Source: Nematocida ausubeli (Eukaryota). Taken from it: a stretch of 64,000 nt of DNA. The stretch is from contig NW_026515635.1 in the NCBI RefSeq assembly GCF_000738915.1, positions 558,001 to 622,000 on the forward strand. Direction: 5' to 3'. The notes beneath the pieces are model-generated. The model searched no databases and was not told the origin of the DNA. It was given only the letters and a program-made list of their open reading frames with translations. Every line of letters begins with the position of its first letter. Position 1 is the first letter of the stretch. Below, one piece after another: positions 22,921 through 34,072 of the stretch. Both the position numbers and the translations under genes were made by a program.

Positions 22921-23358
22921 TTATAATTTGCAAGAGCGCGTGCGTAGCTTTCGCTGGATAATGTATATCAAAGCTATAAAAATAGCCAGTGCACCAGTCA
23001 CAATAGCAAGCCCAAGTTTGACATTTTCTTCTTGGGTTAAGTGCTCTTTTCTTATAACAGATTCCTTTCCTGCGGATAGGCCTGCTACCGCTGTGTTTTT
23101 CCTTGCCACCACATCTGCATATGTCGGCATGCCCTGTGTGTCTACTGGGCTTACTTTTCGTTTTGACTGCTGTCTAGACCTAGCAGACTTGTATTTCCAG
23201 CTATAAAATGTATCACTCACTTCTGATCCAATATATTCTAATACATCTCCTGTTTGGTTAACAGCGCTCACACATTCCTTTTTTATTATATTTGCTGCAC
23301 CGCTTGCATGATCAGCTAGTGTTTCTCTTCCTGTAATCTTTCTCAAGAACTTATTCAT
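22921..23358 (-). CDS. Small protein with C-terminal TM (tail-anchored-like)
   Basis: 145 aa; TM LGLAIVTGALAIFIALIYII followed by a basic tail. Confidence 0.75.
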   Translation of the reverse strand: MNKFLRKITGRETLADHASGAANIIKKECVSAVNQTGDVLEYIGSEVSDTFYSWKYKSARSRQQSKRKVSPVDTQGMPTYADVVARKNTAVAGLSAGKESVIRKEHLTQEENVKLGLAIVTGALAIFIALIYIIQRKLRTRSCKL

Positions 23359-24117
23359 TTTAGTAATAAAGATGCAATTTTTAAATAATTTTATACTTAA
23401 AATTGACCAAAATATTAAATATTTTATAGAAATAACCGATTTTTTGCTTATACGCTTATACGCGCAAGCATCTTTCTGTACAGGAGCAGATATATATCCT
23501 GCAATAATTCTATTTCTGATGTATAAAAATAGTTGCCAAATAGAAGCTGATCAAACTACTAGACGGATCAGAGAATGAATTAAGAGAAACTGTTGAGACT
23601 AAGGTGAATCAAAGAAAGCTTTATTGCAAATCACGTAAGGAAAAATAGACCATTCAGGCAATACAGTGTAGGATTGGCATTTTAATAGCACTTTGAAATA
23701 GAAAACTGTCCTTGCGCTCTGCGCTTTAGACTTCTCTATGCTGACTCAAGCCCATGAAATTAGCATATCTGCTGCACTAATAATAGAATATCTGAAATAT
23801 CAATAGAGACACTGCCTCTAAAGTATATTTTAGATGTAACAATAGGTATATGTATAACACGAGCTGTAAATACTGCATCTCTTCCTAATAAAGCAGTGCA
23901 TGCGCATTTTCTTTGAATACTTATGTACTTCTTGTATGCAAAGATGATTTTCTTTGCACATTAAGGTATGGGCATTTTTGAATCTTCTAGGAGAGTACAT
24001 CTCTATGATGTAGCTTTCATTCCATCCCAAACTATATTTTCGCCTTTTAACCTCTGTACATGCCTGTTGGCACTATAGATATTAATTTGCCACATTGCAA
24101 AAACAATAAAAATACTC

Positions 24118-24930
24118 TTATGCCTGCGGCTTTGCATCTTCATCAGCTTCCTCATCAGATGACTCACTGATTGAATTAGAATGCTGCCGAGCTTCATATT
24201 CTCCAAATACTGGATGCGCGCCAAAATTAGAGCTTTGGAAAGACATAGGCACCTCACTATAATGTGAAGAAGACTCTGGCATTCTGCTAAAAGCTGGGCT
24301 TTGTGAAGGATCTTTTCTGTCACTGGAATGTGAGCTAAATGCCACCTGTCTGTTAAACTCGGGTCTTTTGGTAGTATCCTCTGCATCACTATGATGTGAA
24401 TCAAATCCTGAGGCGACTGGGAATGCTGGTATTTGAGGACTAGTTAAATCACCTTCAGTTACCTTTGTGTAAACCCAATTCGTATTATAAAGATTTGTTG
24501 GCTCCGAGTATCTTCTTTCAGGCCTAGTTCCTTTGAACGCAGATTTTCTTCTTTTCATAACATGTCGCCAAATAAGAATACTAGCTATAGCAAGAAGAAG
24601 CAGTAATAAAGTAATACCTGAAATGATCATAGCCCATTTATACCTCTCCTGGAAGCTGTTATTAGTGCTGATGTAAACAACATCTAAATTGCTTATTGCT
24701 GCTGCCATGAAACCTCTTGCCTGGTTATATCCTTTTATAAATACGGAATCACTTTGTTGCATTACATTCTTAAAATTTTTCAAATATTTATGTGGTAAAA
24801 TTTCCACTCTTTTGGAAACTTTCTTACTACTGTATAAGGATCTTAAATAAAATGATGGCAATGGAAAAACCTTCCCTACTTCAATATCAGGTCCCAAGCC
24901 TAGATACATATATGATTTTGCAAAAGACAC
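24118..24930 (-). CDS. Single-pass membrane protein with disordered Ser-rich tail (start uncertain)
   Basis: TM WAMIISGITLLLLLLAIASILIW + RHVMKRRK. The track start is GTG; the first in-frame ATG is 7 codons later. Confidence 0.7.
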   Translation of the reverse strand: MSFAKSYMYLGLGPDIEVGKVFPLPSFYLRSLYSSKKVSKRVEILPHKYLKNFKNVMQQSDSVFIKGYNQARGFMAAAISNLDVVYISTNNSFQERYKWAMIISGITLLLLLLAIASILIWRHVMKRRKSAFKGTRPERRYSEPTNLYNTNWVYTKVTEGDLTSPQIPAFPVASGFDSHHSDAEDTTKRPEFNRQVAFSSHSSDRKDPSQSPAFSRMPESSSHYSEVPMSFQSSNFGAHPVFGEYEARQHSNSISESSDEEADEDAKPQA

Positions 24931-25587
24931 AAGAGTTAAGACAAATTCAGAGTAAAAGCAACAGTCCCAAAAATATTGTTGACATAATAATAAAAGCTTA
25001 CTACTTAATACATGTTTGTTAAGACATACACATATTTCAATTTCAATAAACTCAAGCTAGCGAATAAACTTTTTACAACAGATATACTATGACTAGTTCG
25101 CACTTTGCATAGGTCAAATCGCTGCTACGCCACATTCAAGCTTTTTTTGTTCTTAGCCTGAGCTACATATGATATGGAGTAAGCACACATATGCGGGCTA
25201 TGTCATTTAGCTGTTCTTTTGCTGTGTGCACTGTTCTCTTGTTTTCTTCTAATATATTTTCTGTAATCGATGCTCTTTTAAATTCAATGAATTCTTCATA
25301 CACACCGCATACGTTTATTGGCCCGATACAATCCAAATTCTAGCTAAAACACCTTTACAAAGCTTCTTCAAATAGCACAGCTAAAGTTAAAACATTTTAT
25401 TCATAGGAAATCTACAGTAGCTAGCTGTCAATATGCCAGTGTACAACTAAGATAGCTGCACCAGAATTCTAGCCACTGCTCGTTAATACACCCATAAGTA
25501 CTATATTTTAAAATATAGCCTATTTATACAGACACATCTGCAAGAAGTATAAGACATTTTTAAACTACTTTATTTATTAAAGCTTCC

Positions 25588-28500
25588 TTACCAACGGTTT
25601 TCCATTAAATGAGATTGAATTGTTGAAAACCTTTTCATACTCTCCCTATCATTCTCAGCACACACTATGTCTTTTACTTCTTCAAACACATTTGACATAT
25701 ATACAAACCACCTTTTACTACAATAACGAATATAGCCACTATCATTTTTGAAGCTTTCTATATCAATTAAGTTATAGCATCCTTGTACTATATTATACCA
25801 TCCTGTATATCTAAATTTTTCTGCGGAGTAAATAATCCACAGCAAAGACCGGTTGCCAAATCTCTTACAATCACTAGCTGTATAGTTAGCTTCTACTCCC
25901 CCTATAGATTTAATAATTTTAGTAATATAGTCCATAGTGATTCCATTCAGTGTTAAAATCTCGATAAGCGAAGGTTCGCACCGAATTGTAGAAAACAGTT
26001 CTCCAGGACGATCATTGGATTCGTAGTTATCATTACTACATTTTCTTTGCAAACTAATCATTAAGTCAGTTAGTATATTGGCATACGTTGTCTGCGATAG
26101 AGATTTTATACTTTGTGCTAAGTATAATACTTCACGTATTGTGGATGGAATATATTTTTCATCTATACTCTTGTCTATTCCTGTTAGCGGATGATGCTTA
26201 TCTACTGGGATGTGACTAAGAAATATAAACATTGTATTTCTAATCTCACTATCCATAAAGCAAGCACTGCCCAAGATGTTATCTGCTAGGCGTAAAAAAG
26301 GATGATTTTTGTCAAGTTTTTTTTCCATTCCATATAGAAGCAGCAGCCATACATTTTGGTTTATGTGATCCATATTATGGATTGGAGGATTAAGCAGGAG
26401 AATATCAACAACCCTGTGCTCTTTTCCATACAAAAAAGTAGGACCCACATGTTTATTCAGTGTAGAGGGGTTCCTATTCTCTTCTTTGGGTTCACTTGTC
26501 TTGATACCTTTATCTGTATAGGAACTAAGCATCCCTATAATAGGCGATTCTGTAGATTCGTATATATCCTGCTTAGTTTTATTTAACTCGATATGATCTT
26601 TTCCCAGTTCCGAGCCAATTCCAATCGAAATACTAACTGAATAGTGATATTCGTCTTCCAAATGCTCATTTAGTTTATATTCGATTTTTATTTTTTTTTC
26701 AAAATCACGGTACTCTCCATTAATAACCCATTTATGCTCAGATAGACATAACTCGATATTGTTATTGAATGAAAAATTCCTAACAATTCTATTCAGATGT
26801 TCAAATACATCATTTTCTAGCCATTTCTTTCTGTATTTACATTTAGCTATGTACTTACTTGTAGAACAAACGATATTATTCCTAAGAACTGTTTGCCTCT
26901 CTTTAAGAGATTTTTGCTTGTCTTTAAGAAATGTTTGCATTCTCTGGATTTGTTTATTAAGCATGTCTATGAGATCCATTTTAATATTCGCCTTTTCGCT
27001 ACACTCAGACATATCTGTAATCTTATTGTAATTACTAATAATAATCTCATCATCAGCTACCATATCCATCAAGTTTCTAAGCGTATCTATCTTCAGATTC
27101 TTTGTTTCACTGAAACCTGTTATCTCTTTAATAACATACAGCATGTTGATCATGCCGAGCGCAAGCTGATTTCTTTCTGGTCGCATATAGCGTATTTCTG
27201 GATTGGAAAGGCCCCCCACTACTTTGTTCCAGTCATCGTGCATTTCCTTTCCTACTTGCTCACGCACGCTCGAATATTTCTTGAAAAAGCTTTTCAGCTC
27301 GTCTGAGGCATGCTTTATGTGGTCAACTCTGTATATATTATTCTTAGCGTCATATGCAATAGTCATTAGGACGGCTAGAAGCACTGTCTCTGCAGGGTCA
27401 GTAAATCCAGACGATAGTGCGGGCTTAGCATCCTCTTGAATATGCTTGCCATCTAGGGGATTTATTCCAGATGCAGGAGAAGAAGCGCTCAAATTGTTTG
27501 TCTTTATTGGGACAGGAACAACATCTGAAGCTACACCTAGATATAAAAGATATTTGCAGTGATCCATATAATCATTGCGCATAGATCTTTTCTTCATATG
27601 AGTTATGTCTATCTGCTCTATATAAATTGGGCGATTCTCTTTTGACGCTATGGATTTGAAAAAAGCATTATCCCTCTCAGCTCTTCTTTCTCCTTCCCGC
27701 TTTATATACCTACTTATTAGATATCTTGCAATGTTTTCCATCTTCTCTTTTCTCGAGGATTCTTCTTTCTGTAGCATCCATTCGCCTAGCAAGCAATAGG
27801 CTGTGTGAATGAATAAAACTGCCTCTTTGGTAGTTTCTAGGCAGTGGTGTATATAGGTTTGTATAAGGAAGGCTGGGCTGTTTACAAACTGAACCTTCTC
27901 ATGCATATCACAGTCAGATGGCTTTGAGCTATCTTTCTCTTCTATAAAGACCTTATTTTCTCTGTTCTCTATAAAAAAGTTTATAACTTCAATTGCCTTT
28001 TGTTGGAGCACCTCTTCAAACACATCTGTAGACTCTGTTTCTTCTTTGCTAGTTTTGACCAACACATTCATACTCACTCTGAAGTGCTCTTCTTCACTAT
28101 TTGTCTTCTTCAGAACGAGCTCTGTTCTGTCATAACTTTTATTAAATGAGAGTGGTACACTCTTTCCCTCTGCAAGCATTAGCAATGAGGCAAGTATTTT
28201 GTGCTTATGCTCTTTTACATTAGCACTATTAATAAATGTATAGAAAGAGTCAAGATCGTCTGACAATATGGACACACATTCATCTAGTGAGGGAAACATG
28301 TTAAGAAGCGTATTAAAGTACTCTTTCTTGTACTTGAGCAAGTCACCTTCATATAAAAGCTCATTATCATCACGTACTTTGTCCAGACTGCAGTTTCGCT
28401 TAAACCTATAAACAGGATGCTCACAATCATCCTCTTCAAGTGGTATACAGTAGTCTAGCTTTATCTCAGGCGAAAAAAACCTCTTTCTGTGCATAAACCC

Positions 28501-28806
28501 AATGTTTCTGGCTTCTTCTTTTAGCACTGGCATTATTCTACTATCTACGCCGACTTCTTTTGTTTCTTCAGAAATAGCAGCAGCTTTTATCTGGACATTT
28601 CTTAGCCCATCTACTGTCAGCACTCTGTCCCACACATGGCACAGTATAGCTACTCCAATGAGCATGTATATCTTTGCTCTGCAGATAGCTCTTTCCTTCT
28701 CCTCTTGTCTTATCTTATAAGTTCTTAAGTCTTCTGTTGCTACTTCTTTACTCTCTAATAGCTGGTTCTTTCTCTTCGAAAGATTAGACTTCATTATACT
28801 AAACAT
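25588..28806 (-). CDS. Nematocida large gene family (NemLGF1-like) member, divergent
   Basis: Shares KRFFSP.I, L.MFPS, ILASLLML.EG, SPAFLIQTYI, AYD...YR.DH, NQL..G.INML with the ORFs at 29831 and 44617. First ATG at 28806. Confidence 0.8.
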   Translation of the reverse strand: MFSIMKSNLSKRKNQLLESKEVATEDLRTYKIRQEEKERAICRAKIYMLIGVAILCHVWDRVLTVDGLRNVQIKAAAISEETKEVGVDSRIMPVLKEEARNIGFMHRKRFFSPEIKLDYCIPLEEDDCEHPVYRFKRNCSLDKVRDDNELLYEGDLLKYKKEYFNTLLNMFPSLDECVSILSDDLDSFYTFINSANVKEHKHKILASLLMLAEGKSVPLSFNKSYDRTELVLKKTNSEEEHFRVSMNVLVKTSKEETESTDVFEEVLQQKAIEVINFFIENRENKVFIEEKDSSKPSDCDMHEKVQFVNSPAFLIQTYIHHCLETTKEAVLFIHTAYCLLGEWMLQKEESSRKEKMENIARYLISRYIKREGERRAERDNAFFKSIASKENRPIYIEQIDITHMKKRSMRNDYMDHCKYLLYLGVASDVVPVPIKTNNLSASSPASGINPLDGKHIQEDAKPALSSGFTDPAETVLLAVLMTIAYDAKNNIYRVDHIKHASDELKSFFKKYSSVREQVGKEMHDDWNKVVGGLSNPEIRYMRPERNQLALGMINMLYVIKEITGFSETKNLKIDTLRNLMDMVADDEIIISNYNKITDMSECSEKANIKMDLIDMLNKQIQRMQTFLKDKQKSLKERQTVLRNNIVCSTSKYIAKCKYRKKWLENDVFEHLNRIVRNFSFNNNIELCLSEHKWVINGEYRDFEKKIKIEYKLNEHLEDEYHYSVSISIGIGSELGKDHIELNKTKQDIYESTESPIIGMLSSYTDKGIKTSEPKEENRNPSTLNKHVGPTFLYGKEHRVVDILLLNPPIHNMDHINQNVWLLLLYGMEKKLDKNHPFLRLADNILGSACFMDSEIRNTMFIFLSHIPVDKHHPLTGIDKSIDEKYIPSTIREVLYLAQSIKSLSQTTYANILTDLMISLQRKCSNDNYESNDRPGELFSTIRCEPSLIEILTLNGITMDYITKIIKSIGGVEANYTASDCKRFGNRSLLWIIYSAEKFRYTGWYNIVQGCYNLIDIESFKNDSGYIRYCSKRWFVYMSNVFEEVKDIVCAENDRESMKRFSTIQSHLMENRW

Positions 28807-29830
28807 TTTGTTTTTTACTTTTTGTTGTCTATTTATAGACCATAAAATTAGCAATTTATCAGTATTCTGTGCTCTTAATTAAAATTAATATACTTTTAAT
28901 TAAAAGTATTCCCGAATTAACTCTAATTAATTTAATTTTAGCAGAAAAAAACAAAGCCTCTTATATTCTAGTAGTCTACAACGAAATCTTGGAAGGCAAA
29001 GACCAGCATACATCTGCATTTCTAACTCTGGGAAAGAACAGTTTACTATTGTGATAAAAGCCTTCTCTTTTGCTCTTTGATAGACCAAGTCTTGCTCTAT
29101 GTCCAAGCTACGAAGCTCAGCTTTAAGCATCTTAGAACCAACTTCTTTATTCTGCATGCTTCTGCTGTAGCAAGGAAGTATGTATTAAAATGCACAAGCA
29201 GCAATAGTAGCTGTAGAACAACACAATACAAGAATGTGAATTACTGGCTGTTTAAATTAAAATTAATTAATTACTAACATACTCTCTCTTTTGTTTATAT
29301 TTTGCTTGTTAATTAACTCATATTTCTATTTCTGTCTATATTTTGTTTTTTAATAATTGCTTATTATCAATAAATTAATTGCTAGTAGTCTATAAATAGA
29401 GAAAAAGAAATAAAGGAATTTTGAATAGAAGAAGCGAAGTCTAATATCGCAAGAAGAAAGAAACCCAACTGTGTATAATCTTCAAGCTCACTTGTTCTAT
29501 ATAATTCCAGCTTGATATGTATTTGTGTGCCTTAATGACAAGAGTATCATGGCCTGTGAATAGTGGCTAAATATAATTCCAAGTGCTAAGAAAACAACTT
29601 TTATTTTTAGAAAAAATACTCTTGGCTTCTGCACTTATAATAAATTTGTCTTAAGTACTCTGTCATTTTTAAATACATTGCCACTTCATATGATTGAATG
29701 AATATGTGAAAGTACGCCATAAATGTGCTGGAAAAGTTGTTCGAGTTATATACCTGAAATAGCTGTTATTTCAGTGCAACTTAAACCAGGTGCTGTAGTA
29801 GTTAAGGTAAAATTTTTCATTTTTCATTAA

Positions 29831-31194
29831 ATGATCTACAGGGTGATTGCTGGTTTGTTTATGGTGCAGAATCTCTTTGCAAGAGTTTCTGTGGAAGATA
29901 TAAGAAGAGCGCATGAAACTAAGATAAAAGGAAGCCAACAGCTATTCATTAACTCAGAGGGGCCTCTGAATCTGCTATGCGGATATATGGGCTTCCAAAA
30001 CGGATACATGTACAACAAGCGGTTTTTTTCTCCAAAAATAGAAACAGACTATGCGTTGTATGAAGATGGATTAGCAGCTGACGGCACACAGGAGTATGGA
30101 TTTACAAGAACGCCTGCAAATGACAAGATACACAAAGAGCTGGGTGTTAGTGGCTCTGATGGAAGATATCTCAGCGCGTACCATGCACAGCTCTTAAAGA
30201 TGTTTCCATCCGAGCATGGAGACCTCTCAATTGAGACTACCCGGCCAAATGCACTTACAAACTTCTTAAGGGCAGACCATGTTAAGCAGGATGCCAAGTA
30301 CATCCTTGCCGCTCTGCTGCTTCTTTCAGAAGAGATTGACGTCCAAATAGGCGTGGACCACTCAGGGGAGAGAAAGAGACTTGTCATAAAGAGCAAGACA
30401 TGCAAGGGAAAAAAGTTTGCAGATGTAGAGCTGTACGCGGCAGGCATTGACCCAGCTACAAATCTGCGCATCGACAGCATTTACCAAAGTGAAGTGGAAG
30501 AGATTGTCAACTTCTGTGTACGGTGCAAAGACAGAATAGTAATTAGAAAAGCACCCGCATTTGTAATGCCGTCCAGCCAGGAGGCATTTGACACTGGAGA
30601 CTTTTTGAACAGCTTAGAGTTTCTCATGCAGACGTACATTTATCACTTCATTGACAGCCTTGCGGAGTATGCAAGTTTTGTGGAGGCAGTGCATGAGCTG
30701 CTTCTTGACCAAATGACGGAAGAGGAGAAGAGCAAGCTTCTCATTGGCCAGAGCGGTGCTAAGGAAGAGCAGCAGGCTGCCATAGACCAATATAACACAG
30801 GAAATGCAAGTAGCAATAAGAAAAGCCAAACATCAGCCTAAACATCATTATTATGACTTACAACCTTATAAGCGCTGGGGAATTGACCACCCCACATGAT
30901 TATAAGTTTTTGCTTTGTAATATAAACTTCAACAAAGCTATTCAGATTTTAGAGAGCAAAAAGTCTATAGTGTGCTCAAGAGACAACAAGCAAAGCATGG
31001 AAAAATATAACACCATTTTAAAAAAGTTCAGACAAATGCATCCTGTAATAACCATCGGAAGAAAGAGTTTATATCAACGAATGATAGAGACTCTGCACGC
31101 TTGGGTTACATGGATTAAGTCTTTTTTTAAGAATATTTTGGCATTTTTGTTTATGAAAGCACATCAGAACAATTCTTGGATGGTTTGTAAATAG
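29831..31194 (+). pseudogene. Internally deleted large-gene-family copy: N-terminal ORF 29831-30841 plus out-of-frame C-terminal fragment ~30820-31194
   Basis: Signal peptide, then GPLN, MYNKRFFSP, FPS, ILAALLLLSE, FLMQTYI and an early stop. The downstream fragment YNLI...FNKAIQILE..IVC..DNKQSMEK matches the C-termini of the two full-length paralogues. Confidence 0.75.
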
Positions 31195-32277
31195 AATATG
31201 AAATTCAATAAATAACTCGATTCATATTGCTTTCTTTGCGAGACAAAGAATCTATGAAAAGTCTCTCTGTGTGCTCTACTCTACACTCTTTGTAGACTGC
31301 AAAACCCACTAGCATTCATATGTAAAGTTCGGTTCTGAGAATTTTTGCATAAGGCAGATTCTGTACTTTTCTCTTTCTTATATTTCGCTTAGCTTGGTGT
31401 TTAGTGTGAAGGAATACGCTATTTCCATAGACATGTTTTTTTTATTTTTTACATTCTTCTAAAGAATATAAAAACATGTCTGTACATGTATGTTTTTCTC
31501 TGAAAGGTTTGATTTTTCTAATTTCTATCACAAGCACATGAAAATCAAAAATTATGCACAATTGAAAGACCATTCAAGGAAACAATATTAGAGTAAACAC
31601 ATTAACTAGAGTGTATTAGGCGCATCAAAAATAGTAAAGCGAACCACATAGCAAGCAGCATGAATAACTTGAGATGTATTGCAAATTACCATATTTATAT
31701 AAAGAAATCTTCTCTATGCTTAAAATGAAGATCAGATGTAGAAGAATACTATAATCTAAATACATTCATTTTTATCTTTTCTGCGTGGTAATTTAGGTTT
31801 TAGTCTAAAAACAGTACTATATTTAGAGAATTATGTTTTATGTAATTTCTTTTATTCATCACTAATTACTACCATTTTCTCAAAATTATAAATATACTCT
31901 TAAATAAGCAAATGCACCTATATCTTAGCTGAAAAGCCAATATTAATAATTAAACGCCATAAGAGACGAAAATTCATGTCTGGAATAGTACTTAATGTCA
32001 CCCTTTGCTAATGCCAAGAGCCATTCCATTGTGTATATGCAGACAACAGATAGAGTTCTTTTCTTGTGATATGCACTGCTCTTTTTATATCTTGGCCTAA
32101 TATAGCTCGAAATATCTTTATTTGTACATTCTTCTAAAGGCAATTTTAGATTAAGTAATTATAGTGTGTAGCATATTTGTGGCTATAAACTACACTGCAA
32201 TCACAATATTATATACTTAATATGCGTATTTGATATAATGCTATATAGTTCTATGACTCTTTCTTTATTGTTTAATT

Positions 32278-32841
32278 TTATTCCATAATTAATTTTTCTA
32301 ATTTAAGACGGTTTCTAACCGATCGCGGAGTGACTGACATAGTTGCTAACACTGCAAGATTGCTGAATAACTTCATCTTTTTTGGTAGACTTTTTAAAAA
32401 CGATGGTTTGCTTTGTTTCTTTGGAATATGGGTTTGGGTATTTTGGACCACATACTCAAGTATAGGCACGCTTGTATGAGAACTCGCTTGTGATGCAATA
32501 CTTATTTCAGAATCTAACTTAAAGAAATCATCTGAAAAAAGTGGCAACTCTGCTTGTAGCTGGCGGCGCGCCAAATTTTCAAGGCGTAAAGCTTCCTCAT
32601 CTGTAATTTGATTTGTGTTTGACTGATTAAGGCGGCTCTTCTGCACTTGACAAAGTAATATAACTATGTATACTACTATAGTAACTACCATTACATAAAT
32701 ATAATTATCAAGAAAGTGCCTCCAAATGGACTTTGTGACATTGGGTTCTGATATATATACTATATCTCTTTGATTCTTTAGTTTTTCGATATAAAACGAG
32801 ATCTTAGACAATACTTGGTTTATAATACTACTATTTCCCAT
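32278..32841 (-). CDS. Single-pass membrane hypothetical protein
   Basis: TM YIYVMVVTIVVYIVILLC; basic C-terminus. Confidence 0.7.
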   Translation of the reverse strand: MGNSSIINQVLSKISFYIEKLKNQRDIVYISEPNVTKSIWRHFLDNYIYVMVVTIVVYIVILLCQVQKSRLNQSNTNQITDEEALRLENLARRQLQAELPLFSDDFFKLDSEISIASQASSHTSVPILEYVVQNTQTHIPKKQSKPSFLKSLPKKMKLFSNLAVLATMSVTPRSVRNRLKLEKLIME

Positions 32842-34072
32842 TATGGCAATTAAAACTTTTCACTTTAAAACGGAATTTATAAAACTTTTATGCAAACGAT
32901 AAAATCTCTATCAGAATAGATTACATACGAATTCATCTTGAATATAGTATCACACAACATTTTGAGCCGTATAAATCAAAAAGCATACTTTAAGAAGAAA
33001 ACATACTTTCAATTAAATATTAGCACTTAAAAACACACTGTGCTCTCTTTTATTAACATGCATTGGCATGTAATGTAAGTCCAACAAATTGTGTATATGA
33101 TAAATTTAGAAAGTTTCTGCAATTAAAAAGAAATTGTTTTACATATAACTTCTCTGCATGTTGATAGTAAGCCATTGTAGCTTAGTATATCCCCAACAGC
33201 TGCATGTATATTAGAATTTATTCTGTGTTTTCTTTTAGAAATTATGGCATCTGAACTCTTCTTATCTATGCGTGATGCATCTTTATGACTTAGGTTTTCA
33301 GCTTTATTATCATAATACCAACAACTAGCCATATTATTAGTTGGTTTTCAGCTCTGTTTCTTAAATCTATACTAAGATGAATAGCATATAAGCATATAAG
33401 CCTATAAATAGAAAATGATTAAGCAGTATGAAGAGTGCTATAAATTCCGATTATAATTTATAGGAAAACTTGAAATACACGATTAGATACCAATGTAAAG
33501 AGATAGAACAAGATAATAATTTGTGTTTCTCTGTTAAGGAGGCCTGGAAACATGTCATAAGATATTTTTCAAGAGCCTTGGTTATTATGACAGAAATAAA
33601 TAATTAAAAGAAAGCTATTCAGCGCTAGCCAACTTAGAAGAGTTCTCTACTGTTCTAAAAAAGCATGATAGACAGCCTATATTATTGATTGTATATCATG
33701 CAGGTTTTCTAATATGATATATATGCTTTCCGCGTTGTATATAACCAGAACTTTTTTCAATGCTTCGATTTCTATTCAGATTAACACCCCAATGCCTTTT
33801 TACATTAGAAAATTAAAATTGTATGTAATTATAGGGTATATGTCTCTCTATTTATCTTATGCATATCTATACATATTGGTAGTTGAAATAAGGGCTGGGC
33901 ATTAAAGATGTATTTATTATTAGTATCTTCACATATAGCAATCAAAGATATAGCCTGCTCTGCAGCGCTAATTTTCCTATGAACAACTCGAAATACGAGC
34001 TATAAATATTCTGTTGCATAACTAAAGTATGTATTATAAATATACATGCTATAATTTTGTAGCTTCTTGCAT

